Positions 27,469 to 39,555 of a stretch of 64,000 nucleotides of DNA are shown in pieces. This DNA is from Candidatus Saccharimonadota bacterium (lineage in GTDB: Bacteria > Patescibacteriota > Saccharimonadia > Saccharimonadales > SLHW01), in NCBI GenBank assembly GCA_024635455.1, contig JAGXIU010000002.1, forward strand, positions 300,309-364,308, given 5' to 3'. The notes beneath the pieces are model-generated. The model worked only from the letters and a program-made list of their open reading frames with translations. It was not told the origin of the DNA and ran no database searches. Position 1 is the first letter of the stretch; the number at the start of each line of letters is the position of its first letter. The position numbers and the translations under genes were made by a program.

Positions 27469-28239
27469 ATGGAATTTGTTGATACGCACTGCCATATCCA
27501 GTTTGATGATTATGCTCTCAACGCTGAGCAAGTTTTGCGCGATGGTGTTGCGGCCGGCGTTACACGAGCAATAGCAGTAGGCTGCACACCGAAGGATAGT
27601 CAGCAAGGAGTTACTTTTGCTGAGGCACACGATGGCGTGTTTGCTGCCGTTGGCATTCATCCGCATGAGGCGCATCACTATCAAGACGATACTGTGGCTC
27701 TAAAGAAGCTCAGCGAACTTGCAGGGCAAAAGCCAACGGTTGCCATCGGTGAATGTGGACTTGATTATTACTATAACCACTCGCCCAAGGAAGCTCAGCG
27801 GGTGCTGTTAGAGCGCCAATTGCAGCTCGCAACTGATCATAATTTACCTGTATTGTTCCATGTGCGTGATGCATTTGATGATTTTTTCCCGATATTTGAT
27901 GCCTTTCCAGGAATAACTGGTGTTGTGCATAGCTTTACGGCTGGCAGTAAAGTTTTAGAAAAAGTATTGAAACGTGGATTATATGTCGGGCTTAATGGTA
28001 TAATCACGTTCAGCAAAGACGAAGCACAGCTACGCATGGCCCAGCAAGTCCCGTTAAATCGGATTGTACTGGAAACAGATGCCCCCTTCTTGACACCGAA
28101 GCCTTTCCGTGGTAAGGTATGCGAGTTAAAGCATGTAGTGGAGACTGCGCGGTTTTTGAGTGATTTACGTGGAGAGCCGCTTGATGGATTTGCAAAAGCA
28201 ACTACGGATAATGCACAAGCAGTATTAAAAATTGCATAA
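27469..28239 (+). CDS. TatD-family metal-dependent hydrolase/DNase
   Basis: FVDTHCHI, IGECGLDYYY, LPVLFHVRDA, VVHSF and LETDAPFL. Confidence 0.9.
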   Translation: MEFVDTHCHIQFDDYALNAEQVLRDGVAAGVTRAIAVGCTPKDSQQGVTFAEAHDGVFAAVGIHPHEAHHYQDDTVALKKLSELAGQKPTVAIGECGLDYYYNHSPKEAQRVLLERQLQLATDHNLPVLFHVRDAFDDFFPIFDAFPGITGVVHSFTAGSKVLEKVLKRGLYVGLNGIITFSKDEAQLRMAQQVPLNRIVLETDAPFLTPKPFRGKVCELKHVVETARFLSDLRGEPLDGFAKATTDNAQAVLKIA

Positions 28240-28252
28240 GAGAAATTAGTAC

Positions 28253-28570
28253 ATGAAGATGAATATATTATCACCAGAACAGCATCATGAAAAAATGCCG
28301 GAATTGGCAGAACGTTCAAGGGTTATTAGAGATAGTATTTCTCGAGCTCGACAAGTTATTGAGCGAAATTATCCCGAAGAGATTACAAGAAGAGAACAAT
28401 CTGGATTTCCACAGACTGATGACTCGATCTCGGCTCAGCAGCCAGACAGCCCGCGCATAGAAGGCATCGGCCATAGTGAGATGACAGACGGTAACGTTAC
28501 AGACATACGAGAAGCGATTTCGCGTATGCATCAACAAGAAGGTAACCATGATACTCAACAAGCTGCTTAA
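28253..28570 (+). CDS. Hypothetical protein
   Basis: 105-aa ORF with no motif. Overlaps the next ORF by 23 nt. Confidence 0.5.
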   Translation: MKMNILSPEQHHEKMPELAERSRVIRDSISRARQVIERNYPEEITRREQSGFPQTDDSISAQQPDSPRIEGIGHSEMTDGNVTDIREAISRMHQQEGNHDTQQAA

Positions 28571-28925
28571 TCAGAACGCCGAGCAACGTCGGGAGCAACG
28601 TCGTACGCAACTGCGTGATAAGCTTATTCGTCACGAGGCAAAGATAGGTGGTGCTTTGTTTGGTCCTGTGAATCCTGGTGAACGTCGTGAGTTCTTTTGC
28701 CTTGATGAGCACACTTGGGTTTGGTACGAGGAATGGGTCGAACCAGCAACAGGTTTGCGTAAGTCTCAGACCACACGTTACGACATTCGACCAGACAGTA
28801 TTTTGAAAGTACAACATGGTCAATATCGGCCAGTTGGCAAGGAAGAGGCGCTTCGATTTTACGACGCTATTTTGGCATATGACGCTGAAACCACTCGACA
28901 AATCTATCAACCAGCTTACATGTAA
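28548..28925 (+). CDS. Hypothetical protein
   Basis: 125-aa ORF with a basic N-terminus (QRREQRRTQLRDKLIRHEAK) and a Trp-rich core (EHTWVWYEEWVEP). Confidence 0.55.
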   Translation: MILNKLLNQNAEQRREQRRTQLRDKLIRHEAKIGGALFGPVNPGERREFFCLDEHTWVWYEEWVEPATGLRKSQTTRYDIRPDSILKVQHGQYRPVGKEEALRFYDAILAYDAETTRQIYQPAYM

Positions 28926-28965
28926 CGCGATAAGTCGTAGCCGATTGCTATAGTAGGTACAAGAT

Positions 28966-30117
28966 ATGCAGTATATTTACTTTGATTATGCAGCTGCAAC
29001 GCCGTTGGACGCACATGTACGCCAGGCAATGGAGCCGTATTTTTCTGAAGAATTTTATAACCCATCAGCTACCTATGCGCCAGCCAAGGCAGTACGTGCA
29101 CAGTTGAGTGAGGCTCGTGCTCGCATCGCTCATTATCTCGGTGTTAAGGGTGACGAACTATTGTTTACCGCTGGCGGCACAGAGGCAAATAATATCGCCA
29201 TCAGCGGAGTTATGCAGCAGTATCCTGATAACTCGTGCTTGATAAGTGCACTCGAGCATGAATCAGTTCGCCAAACTGCTAGGCAATACGATCACAAAAC
29301 CTTACCAGTACAAGAAGACGGCAGAGTAGACACCAAAACACTTGATAGTCACATCACTGATAACACGGTCCTTATTACCTGCGCATACGCTGATAGCGAA
29401 CTTGGCGTCATCCAGCCAATGGCTGAAATCGCTCGCCGTATTCGAGAGGTACGGAAGGATCGACGTCAGCGAGGGGTGTCTTTGCCGCTTTATCTACATA
29501 CAGATGCATCACAGGCGGCTAATTACCTAGATATGCACGTCGATAAGCTTGGTGTTGACTTCTTGACACTCAATGGCGGCAAAATATATGGTCCGAAGCA
29601 GTCAGGCGCACTGTATATTCGTCGTCCAATTGTACTCGAACCATTGATTAGAGGTGGCGGTCAAGAGCGGAACATCCGGAGTGGAACTGAGAATGTAGCC
29701 TTTGCGGTTGGTCTTTCGGTCGCACTCGACATTACTCAGCGCCTGCGAACAGATGAGGCAGCACGACTTCATGAACTACAGCAGTATTTGTTTGCTGAGC
29801 TTGAGTTACTGGACGTTGACATTACTATAAACGGATCGCGTGAGCATCGTCTTGTAAATAATATTCACGTGACTATAGCGGGACAGCACAATGAACGGCT
29901 ATTACTCGAGTTGGAGCAGAAAGGCATCCTAGCAGCGGCAGGCTCAGCCTGTAGTGCGAATAAAAAACAAGAAGCATCAACAACACTTCAAGCTATCGGT
30001 AAAACAGTCGAGCAAGCGCAATCTAGTATTCGCATAACTACGGGGCGAAGCACAAACAGGGGTGATATTGACGCATTTTTACATGCGTTGACAGATTTGC
30101 TTTCACGCAAGCAATAG
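28966..30117 (+). CDS. Cysteine desulfurase (class V aminotransferase, NifS/IscS-like)
   Basis: FDYAATTPL-type N-terminus, FTAGGTEANN, PLP-Lys context LNGGKIYGPKQSGALY, SGTENV and the catalytic loop AAGSACS. Confidence 0.87.
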   Translation: MQYIYFDYAAATPLDAHVRQAMEPYFSEEFYNPSATYAPAKAVRAQLSEARARIAHYLGVKGDELLFTAGGTEANNIAISGVMQQYPDNSCLISALEHESVRQTARQYDHKTLPVQEDGRVDTKTLDSHITDNTVLITCAYADSELGVIQPMAEIARRIREVRKDRRQRGVSLPLYLHTDASQAANYLDMHVDKLGVDFLTLNGGKIYGPKQSGALYIRRPIVLEPLIRGGGQERNIRSGTENVAFAVGLSVALDITQRLRTDEAARLHELQQYLFAELELLDVDITINGSREHRLVNNIHVTIAGQHNERLLLELEQKGILAAAGSACSANKKQEASTTLQAIGKTVEQAQSSIRITTGRSTNRGDIDAFLHALTDLLSRKQ

Positions 30118-30124
30118 CGTTATA

Positions 30125-30997
30125 ATGAACTATATTTCAGTTAAGGTACGTACCTCTTTAATGCATACAATTAAGACAAAAACAAAATACTGGCTATCCC
30201 CGCAAAAAGCTACAGCACTTCTAGCGTTAATTGCGCTTGTCACGCTGAGTTTATTTGCACATGTTCGTGCACAGACGTTAGCACAAGGGTTTGGTGCTGA
30301 TAAGTCGTTAGAACGAGGTATTATCGTGGTGCTTGATGAAGAAGACCCGTCCCGAGTCAAGCCAGCTACGCTTGATCGAGTCGAGGATTTGTATGGGGTC
30401 ATCATCAACCAAAACGACGCCTCAGTGACATTATCAGAAGAAGGCAGCGATGTTTTTGTGGCAACCAATGGACCATATCGGGTATTGGTTAGTACGCAAA
30501 ATGGATCAATCGAGCCAGGTGATTTCATCACCGTATCTTCCATAGAGGGAATCGGTATGAAGACAAACAATATTGCACCAGTTGTGATAGGGCGAGCCAT
30601 GACCGGATTTGACGGCAGCAACGCCGCTAGTACAGCACAGGCTGGTGACCGCACTGTTTCGATTGGCCGAATTGACTTGGATGTACTTGCCTCAAATAAC
30701 CCTCTGCAAAAACCAGCAGAGGCAAACCTACCAGATTTTCTACGTAGTGCCGCTGAAGCCATAGCCGGCAAGCCCGTTCCTGCTGCTCGAGTCTATATAT
30801 CCGTATTCGTGATACTTGTCGCTTCAGTTGTGTCTGGGAGCCTAATGTACAGTGGTGTTCGCAGCAGCATTATTTCTATCGGGCGAAACCCGTTATCGAA
30901 AAAGTCAATTATAAAAAGCATGATTCAGGTGATATTGGTTGGGCTGATAATTTTCATTATCGGTGTATTTGGGGTATATTTAATACTAAGAGTCTAA
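30125..30997 (+). CDS. Hypothetical secreted/membrane protein ending in a two-helix RNP-loop hairpin
   Basis: Signal peptide (ALLALIALVTLSLFAHVRAQ), an ectodomain of about 170 aa, then two C-terminal TM helices joined by SIGRNPLSKK. Confidence 0.7.
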   Translation: MNYISVKVRTSLMHTIKTKTKYWLSPQKATALLALIALVTLSLFAHVRAQTLAQGFGADKSLERGIIVVLDEEDPSRVKPATLDRVEDLYGVIINQNDASVTLSEEGSDVFVATNGPYRVLVSTQNGSIEPGDFITVSSIEGIGMKTNNIAPVVIGRAMTGFDGSNAASTAQAGDRTVSIGRIDLDVLASNNPLQKPAEANLPDFLRSAAEAIAGKPVPAARVYISVFVILVASVVSGSLMYSGVRSSIISIGRNPLSKKSIIKSMIQVILVGLIIFIIGVFGVYLILRV

Positions 30998-31023
30998 CAA
31001 GCTAAGAGAGGTGGGGTTAACGC

Positions 31024-31644
31024 GTGGATATATTCGGACTTGCAGCAGTACTTATAGGAATAGTAGCTGCTACGATGGCGTTTATTTGGCTTGCTCTTCG
31101 CGTGAGCGGTGGAGCTCATGCAAGCCGTAATCCGAATGCATCGCACCTGGACCAAGCCGAAAAGGACGTTGAGCACATCTTCAACGATGAGTTCCGTGAG
31201 GAGCTACGTAACAGAGGGCGTTTGCACTTTGAGAAAATAATTGGTGAAAACGCCATGTTCTTGCAGCAGGATTTACGGCTGACAACATCTCAGCTTAATG
31301 AATTCATGAAAACAGAGATTACGAAGAAGCTTCAAGGCGAGTTCTCTAAGTACGAAGAGTCAATTACTGATGCCAAACAAATGGCGATCGAATCAATTAC
31401 CAAAACTCAGGAGGCAATTGAAGAACAGCGTCAGATGATGGGGCAACAGCTTCTCCAGGAAATCGAGAATGAGAAATCGCGTATGGTTAAGCGGTTCGAA
31501 GAAAACCTTGGTGATATTGTTAACCATTACGTGCTAGCTGCTATTGGTAATCAGATTGACCTCAATGACCAACTGGACTACATCATAGCCGACATTGAAG
31601 CTAACAAAGAAGTGATTATTCAGGATCTTAGCGATGGAGCATAA
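31024..31644 (+). CDS. atpF: F-type ATP synthase subunit b (by architecture and position)
   Basis: GTG start, a single N-terminal TM and a long charged helical region. It sits immediately upstream of and overlaps the delta gene. Confidence 0.6.
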   Translation: MDIFGLAAVLIGIVAATMAFIWLALRVSGGAHASRNPNASHLDQAEKDVEHIFNDEFREELRNRGRLHFEKIIGENAMFLQQDLRLTTSQLNEFMKTEITKKLQGEFSKYEESITDAKQMAIESITKTQEAIEEQRQMMGQQLLQEIENEKSRMVKRFEENLGDIVNHYVLAAIGNQIDLNDQLDYIIADIEANKEVIIQDLSDGA

Positions 31645-32152
31645 GCAAACACTTCAACTACCGGTATCGGTTGTGGGAATAACAGATGTAAATCGACTCG
31701 ATCGTGAACTCGTCGCTATTGATGAATTTCTACGGCAGGGTGCGATACGTGAGCCTGGCACTACAATGAAGCTGCCAAAAACCTCTAAGTTGTTTGATGA
31801 AATTGTCTCCATGAATGACCTGAACCTCATACAGGAAGATGACCGTAATCGATTACGTGATTTCTTGCGAGACACACAAGACAGCGCACCACGGTTACAT
31901 ATTAGCTTCAGTACCGACCCTTCACCACTGTTTTTGCAGCGACTTATGAATTATCTACGAGAAAAAATTAACCCACGAGTATTAGTGCAAGTTGGCTTAC
32001 AGCCAAACATAGGAGCGGGTTGCGTCGTTCGTTCTACGAATAAAGTTTTTGACTTGAGCCTGCGTGAGGATTTCCGTAAAAAGCGCCGAGTTTTGATGCA
32101 GTATATCCAAAAACTAGAAGTTCATGACTCAAAGCAAGAGGTCAAAGCATGA
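31634..32152 (+). CDS. atpH: F-type ATP synthase subunit delta (OSCP)
   Basis: OSCP-like C-terminus VQVGLQPNIGAGCVVRSTNKVFDLSLR. Lies between the b and alpha genes. Confidence 0.72.
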   Translation: MEHKQTLQLPVSVVGITDVNRLDRELVAIDEFLRQGAIREPGTTMKLPKTSKLFDEIVSMNDLNLIQEDDRNRLRDFLRDTQDSAPRLHISFSTDPSPLFLQRLMNYLREKINPRVLVQVGLQPNIGAGCVVRSTNKVFDLSLREDFRKKRRVLMQYIQKLEVHDSKQEVKA

Positions 32153-33728
32153 ATTCTGGCAATCAACACTTCGATAAACTAGTAGCAGCCGGTAATCCTG
32201 TAGGAGAAGTTATCGCGGTGAACGAGTTCCTGGTAACGCTGAGCGGGCTGCAGCCGTGCTCTATTAAAGCTTTGATATTGTTTGAAGATGGGAGCAAGGG
32301 TTTTGTAAGCAAGGTCAACGAAGATCAAGTCACCGTACTGCACCTAGGGAATCAGAAGCTACAAATCGGTATGATCGCTGTTGTACAACACCAGGAGTTA
32401 GTCTGTCGTGTTGGCAAGGACTTTGTTGGTCGTGTCATTACTGCCACAGGTGAGCCAATCGATGGTAAGGGGCCAATTGCTGCTGACGGTGTCTGGCCCG
32501 TGTTTAATGAGGCACCACCCCTATACGCAAGGAAACTGCTCAGTGACCAGCTAGAAAGTGGTGTCACTAGCATAGACTCACTTTTCCCGGTTGTGCGCGG
32601 TCAGCGTATGGCGCTCCTCGGAGACAGCAAATCGGGTAAGAGTACACTAGCAACACAGCTCACCATTAACCAGAAAAATACTGATCAGATCGTGGTCTAT
32701 GCGTTAATTGCTAAGCGTCGTAGTGATGTAGATGCACTTCTTTCGAGCTTGCAAGAAAACGGCGGCCTCGAAAAGGCTATCGTCGTGGTCTCTAATATGT
32801 TTGAATCATTAATCATGAGCTATATTGCTCCGTATGTCGCTTGTTCTATGGCGGAATATTTGTGGCAAAAGTGCGATCAAGACACCATCATTATTTACGA
32901 TGACTTGACCAGTCATGCCCACGCACACCGAGAGGTTGCACTGATGTCAGGCGTGAGCCCTGGCAGAGACTCATACCCAGGTGATATGTTCTACGCACAC
33001 TCGAGTTTACTCGAACGAGCCGGCAGACTTGATGCGAACTCAAAGCACTTGACGAGCATCCCAGTTGTTAACGCTGCCGGGGGTGACATTACCGCATACT
33101 TGCCAACTAACATTATGTCGATTACCGACGGTCAGTGGATACTCGATATGAATATTTTTCGCGATGGCGTACGCCCAGCTTTGAGTTCGGGTCTTTCTGT
33201 TACTCGTGCTGGTGGAATCGGCCATAACAAGCGTCAAAAGAAATTCGCAACCCAGACCCTCAAAGTGTTAGCTGATTATCGGGAAGCCCAGGAGTTCTCT
33301 CACTTCGGTTCAGAGTTGGCAATGGAGGCGAGGCGCGCTCTTGAGACAGGTAAGCACTTACTTGATTTTTTCACGCAGTCGCCAGGAGACACCTACTCGT
33401 TAATAGCGCAACAGCTTGGACTTGATATCATCCTCAACGCCGAGGACGGGGAAAACATCGACGTAAATAACTTGAAGCTACATTTAGTTGAGTACGCCAG
33501 TAAGGTCAAAAAAGAAGAAGATTACGAAGGTGTTAAAGCTGAACTCAAGAAAGAATGTGTCGTTCAGCTAAAGGGTGTTCCAACCGAGAAAAAACCAGAG
33601 GATACAGCTAATAAGCAAGCGCCAAAACACGAGGACGACAACAAGAAACAAAGCAAAAAAGATAAGAAAGAACAAAAGAAGCAAGAAAAACAAGAAAAGC
33701 AAGAAAAGCAAGCAGCGGAGCAGAAGGC

Positions 33729-33732
<4 letters not shown>
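32149..33732 (+). CDS. atpA: F-type ATP synthase subunit alpha with K/E/Q-rich C-terminal extension
   Basis: P-loop LLGDSKSGKST, IIYDDLTSHA, PGRDSYPGDMFYAHSSLLERA and ITDGQWIL. Ends in a tail of about 60 aa, KKQSKKDKKEQKKQEKQEKQEKQ. Confidence 0.9.
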
Positions 33733-35911
<2,179 letters not shown>

Positions 35912-35925
35912 AATAGGAATAGAAG

Positions 35926-36231
35926 ATGGCGGAAGCACAATCAGACGAAGATAAGATAGTCCAGTCGGCGAAAGGCCAAAGCAATAGCACTCGTATGCAT
36001 GTCAAAATCCATGCACCGTATAAAACATATTTTGACGGGGAGGCTACTAGTGTGACAGCAGAAAACGACACAGGTGTTTTTGATATATTAGCGCAACACC
36101 ACAACTTTATGACTATACTCCGGCCGTGCGAAATACACGTACGGGCCGATAGTGGGGACCAGAAAATACAAGTGCAACAGGGTGTTATGCACGTGAAGTC
36201 GGACGAAGTGGTCGTGTTTTTAGACGTCTAG
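35926..36231 (+). CDS. atpC: F-type ATP synthase subunit epsilon (short)
   Basis: 101 aa following atpD. Beta-sandwich-type pattern VTAENDTGVFDILAQHHNFMTIL. Confidence 0.72.
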   Translation: MAEAQSDEDKIVQSAKGQSNSTRMHVKIHAPYKTYFDGEATSVTAENDTGVFDILAQHHNFMTILRPCEIHVRADSGDQKIQVQQGVMHVKSDEVVVFLDV

Positions 36232-36311
36232 TGGGCTTCAATAAATTAACACTAAAACGATAATTTAATAAGCTACGAATCAACAGTTGAAAAGTTAATG
36301 CGGGCTCGTTA

Positions 36312-37280
36312 TTAATCTATAGCAATATAGTCGAAAGAAAAGCTACCAGAGCTAAGGCTTTGTGCTGCATGAATAGTAAAACCAGACGTAGTTCGCGTAA
36401 TGTAATAACTCACCGAACGGCCGACTGGAGTGACGACAACATGGGGCGTCTGGTTGAAGCTCTGCGCGAATGAAACTGTTGCTATCGGCCCGTTGCCAGC
36501 ACCACCACCAGGGTTAATCGTCACCGTACCGGCAGAATCAGTACCACTCACAGATGCTGTACCGCCAGAACCAACTGCAGATCCACTAGAAACACTTGGC
36601 GTTGGACCACCTGCGTCTATATGTCGGTTAATTTGTAAGTCACCAGTCAGCTGCAATGAATCAGTCGTAACCAACGGCGTAGATACACCACCACCGAATG
36701 TCCCACCACCACCGACGGTAACTCCGGCATCTAGGGTAAGCTGTCCTTGTATATTCGTATCCCCGGCAATTGATAAGTTGTTTGCTTGGATTTCATCAAA
36801 GTTGCTGGCGCCAGACACAGTAATACCCGGTAAGCTCAAATCACCACCAACCCGAATGGCTCCAGCCACATCTAGGCTATCGCGAACCAAGACCTGCCCA
36901 CTAAAGACAGCATTCGATTCAATGGTGAGAAGTTGTTGAGGGTCACCAATAACTGTATCACTACCACTTAGCTGAGCTAATTCTTCAGCTGTCAACTCTT
37001 GGCTTGATATTTGCTCTTGTTCAGCTCCTTCTTGATCGCGCTGGTAGCCAATGAATACGATCAATCCAGCCACTACAACGATAAGTAGAAAGAAAAGAAA
37101 GTACACATTAATGTGCTTGATGAACGCAATTATGCTGAAGCGTTTCTTCTTTTTTGGTCCTTGCGGTTGACCATTGTCTACCGTGCCACCGTCTGTTTGA
37201 GTACTCGCGCCCGTACCATCTGTGGTTGTCGCTTGTTGTTCGAGTGAATCTGTTTCTCTATTATTGTCTGAGTTGTCCAT
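36312..37280 (-). CDS. Hypothetical single-pass surface protein with Gly-rich beta-helix-like repeats
   Basis: TM NVYFLFFLLIVVVAGLIVFIGY. Repeats of the type DVAGAIRVGGDLSLPGITVSGASNFDEIQANNLSIAGDTNIQGQLTLDAGVTVGG. Divergent from the 37409 cluster. Confidence 0.7.
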   Translation of the reverse strand: MDNSDNNRETDSLEQQATTTDGTGASTQTDGGTVDNGQPQGPKKKKRFSIIAFIKHINVYFLFFLLIVVVAGLIVFIGYQRDQEGAEQEQISSQELTAEELAQLSGSDTVIGDPQQLLTIESNAVFSGQVLVRDSLDVAGAIRVGGDLSLPGITVSGASNFDEIQANNLSIAGDTNIQGQLTLDAGVTVGGGGTFGGGVSTPLVTTDSLQLTGDLQINRHIDAGGPTPSVSSGSAVGSGGTASVSGTDSAGTVTINPGGGAGNGPIATVSFAQSFNQTPHVVVTPVGRSVSYYITRTTSGFTIHAAQSLSSGSFSFDYIAID

Positions 37281-37408
37281 ACGCCACCAATGTAATCATA
37301 CTAATGTTTATCCTATCATACTACGAATAAGCGTAATCAATAAAGTCTTTTTCTTGAGCGTTGAGCTTATGATAATATATAACCGAGTAAACGAAAGACA
37401 AATATACG

Positions 37409-38134
37409 ATGAAGCTCATTATTATAGGTATCAGTATTTTAGCACTTGCTATCATGCCAGCGAGCGTTTTGGCGCAGTCTTCGTCGTCACCGAATTACCG
37501 AGTTGATCAAACAATTTTTGGTACTGGTGGAGAAACTAACCTACAGTCGGCCGGCTTCCGAAGCCGAGCAACTGTTGGCGAGTTGGGCATTGGTGAGTTA
37601 AACAGTGCCAACTTCCGTGCTTTTGCCGGATTTAATACTACGGACGAGCCGTTTATTGAGTTTGTAGTTACAGGTAATAACATTGATTTGGGTTATCTCG
37701 ACACTAGCCAAGTTACGACTGCACAAGGCCAATTTTATGTACGAGCTTGGCAAGCCGGCGGTTATAGCGTGACGACAGACGCAGATCCGCCAACCAATGC
37801 AACAAATGGTCACCAATTTGCCACACCAAGTACTGCTACCGGATCAAGTCCAGGAACCGAACAGTTTGCAATTAACTTGGTTGAGAATACTTCACCAGCA
37901 GTCGGTGAAGGCCTTATCCAGCAGCCTGACGCGTCGTATTCGTTTGGAGAAGTGGCATCAGCCTATAATCAGGCAGATAACTTTCTGTATAATAAGGGTG
38001 ACCAAATAGCATTGTCTACTGAGAGTACAAGCGTAACTCTCTATACAATCTCCTACATCTTTAACATCTCCAATGCAACACCAGCCGGTCAGTATAACTT
38101 TGAGCAAATCCTGGTTGCAACTGGGCGATACTAA
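37409..38134 (+). CDS. Secreted surface protein, paralogue family member 1 (WxL-like, small)
   Basis: Signal peptide MKLIIIGISILALAIMPASVLAQ. The C-terminal module EQFAINLVENTSPAVG...PAGQYNFEQILVATGRY is shared with the next two ORFs. Confidence 0.78.
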   Translation: MKLIIIGISILALAIMPASVLAQSSSSPNYRVDQTIFGTGGETNLQSAGFRSRATVGELGIGELNSANFRAFAGFNTTDEPFIEFVVTGNNIDLGYLDTSQVTTAQGQFYVRAWQAGGYSVTTDADPPTNATNGHQFATPSTATGSSPGTEQFAINLVENTSPAVGEGLIQQPDASYSFGEVASAYNQADNFLYNKGDQIALSTESTSVTLYTISYIFNISNATPAGQYNFEQILVATGRY

Positions 38135-38254
38135 GGTGAACAGTGTTGTGGATAACTTGCTCGGAATCTGTTGCAAGGGTATAACGCTTGTGCTACCGTT
38201 ATAAGTGCTAGTACTAAAATAAAAAACCAATACGAAATAAAAGGAGAAGTATAT

Positions 38255-39517
38255 ATGGTTTTTGTAGAAAAGCTCAGGCGACCTACGGCGTTGGTTGTTG
38301 CTGTGGCGTTTTTGATAGCGAGCATAGTCCCGCTGTTAGCAAACGGATCAGCAAGTGCCTATACGTTACTAGGCGACCGAGAAATTAAACTATCAACATC
38401 CGAAGGTGCTGCAACAGGTGCAACCTATGCAGTCGATTTCGATGTTGCAACCACCAATAACATTGGTGGTGTTGTAATAGCATTCTGTGCGGGCGCCAGC
38501 TCACCTATAATTGGTGACACAGACTGTGTTCATCCAACAGGATTCGATCTAACAAGTGCTGGAGTCGCAAACCTATCAGATGGTACGGCTAATACCGTAG
38601 ACATGACAGGTTTCACCGCAGCATTCACTGATCACGCGAACGCTGCTGGTACAAACACGCTCGAACTAACAAACGCAGTAGCAACAACACCAGCATTAGT
38701 TGGTGATGCAGTGCAGTTTGAGATAACAGGCGTTGTTAACCCAAGTACAATCGGTACATTCTACGCTCGTATCATGACCTATGATACGGAAGCAGAAGCA
38801 CAAGGCTACACGCTTGCTAATGAAGAAGCTGGTGGACCAGTTGTTGAAGCCGGCGGTATCGCGCTCAGTACAGCTGACCTAATTACAGTTGAAGCAAAGG
38901 TGCAGGAGCGTTTGACATTTTGTGTCTACACCTCAGCTGCTACCTATACTGACTGTTCAGGAAACGCAACCAACCCCGTCATCCTTGGTGACGTGAATGG
39001 CGTGCTTAGCTCAACACAACCTTCAATAAGTAAAGACGCAAAATATAACATTACGACTAATGCTGGTAACGGCGCTACAATTCGTCTAAAAGGTGACACA
39101 TTGGCATCTGGAGCATTTAGCGTTGACGCAATCGGTGACGCTGCTGCTGGTGACGGTGTTCCAGCGGTATACGCATCCGGTACAGAAATGTTTGGTCTGT
39201 GTACCTATGAAGACGCTAGTAGTACAGAAGCAGGTATAACACCAACCGCCGAATATGATGGTGGTGCTGGTGCAGAATGTTCAGGTACTACAGATGGACA
39301 AGGCGCAGCCAACGACAATAGCGCTGAGTTTACCTTCTTCCTTGATGGTGATCCAACTGGTACAGCAATTGACAGTACCTACGGTGACTCTATCGCAACG
39401 AAGACAGCAGGAGACTTCTCAACAGGTATCCTCGTGTTCCTCGGTGGCGTTGACAATACAACCGAACCAGGTATTTACACGACAACGCTAGACTTCATCG
39501 CAACAGGTAGATACTAA
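38255..39517 (+). CDS. Secreted surface protein, paralogue family member 2
   Basis: Start set at ATG 38255, with AAGGAG at 38241-38246. Signal peptide ALVVAVAFLIASIVPLLANGSASA. Shares IIGDTDCVHPTGFD, NPSTIGTFYARI, AGGIALST, RLTFC..DCS and ...YTTTLDFIATGRY with member 3. Confidence 0.8.
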   Translation: MVFVEKLRRPTALVVAVAFLIASIVPLLANGSASAYTLLGDREIKLSTSEGAATGATYAVDFDVATTNNIGGVVIAFCAGASSPIIGDTDCVHPTGFDLTSAGVANLSDGTANTVDMTGFTAAFTDHANAAGTNTLELTNAVATTPALVGDAVQFEITGVVNPSTIGTFYARIMTYDTEAEAQGYTLANEEAGGPVVEAGGIALSTADLITVEAKVQERLTFCVYTSAATYTDCSGNATNPVILGDVNGVLSSTQPSISKDAKYNITTNAGNGATIRLKGDTLASGAFSVDAIGDAAAGDGVPAVYASGTEMFGLCTYEDASSTEAGITPTAEYDGGAGAECSGTTDGQGAANDNSAEFTFFLDGDPTGTAIDSTYGDSIATKTAGDFSTGILVFLGGVDNTTEPGIYTTTLDFIATGRY

Positions 39518-39555
39518 CGAAGCTACGGATATAACCGTAACCAAAATGCTACACT

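Noticed and set aside
30130-30771. 213-aa minus-strand ORF; similar long antisense ORFs at 34729-35343, 10128-10547, 59773-60210 and 62915-63445
   Set aside because: Each is antisense to a well-supported gene (the 30125 ORF, atpD, pgk, uvrA, the 61803 ORF). Each has Ser/Arg/Ala/Cys-rich composition typical of shadow ORFs.
36430-36939. 169-aa plus-strand ORF (Pro-rich) antisense to 36312-37280
   Set aside because: It is embedded in the longer minus-strand ORF, which has a TM anchor and coherent Gly-rich repeats. The plus ORF has no ribosome-binding site and is the reverse reading of a GGx-rich region.
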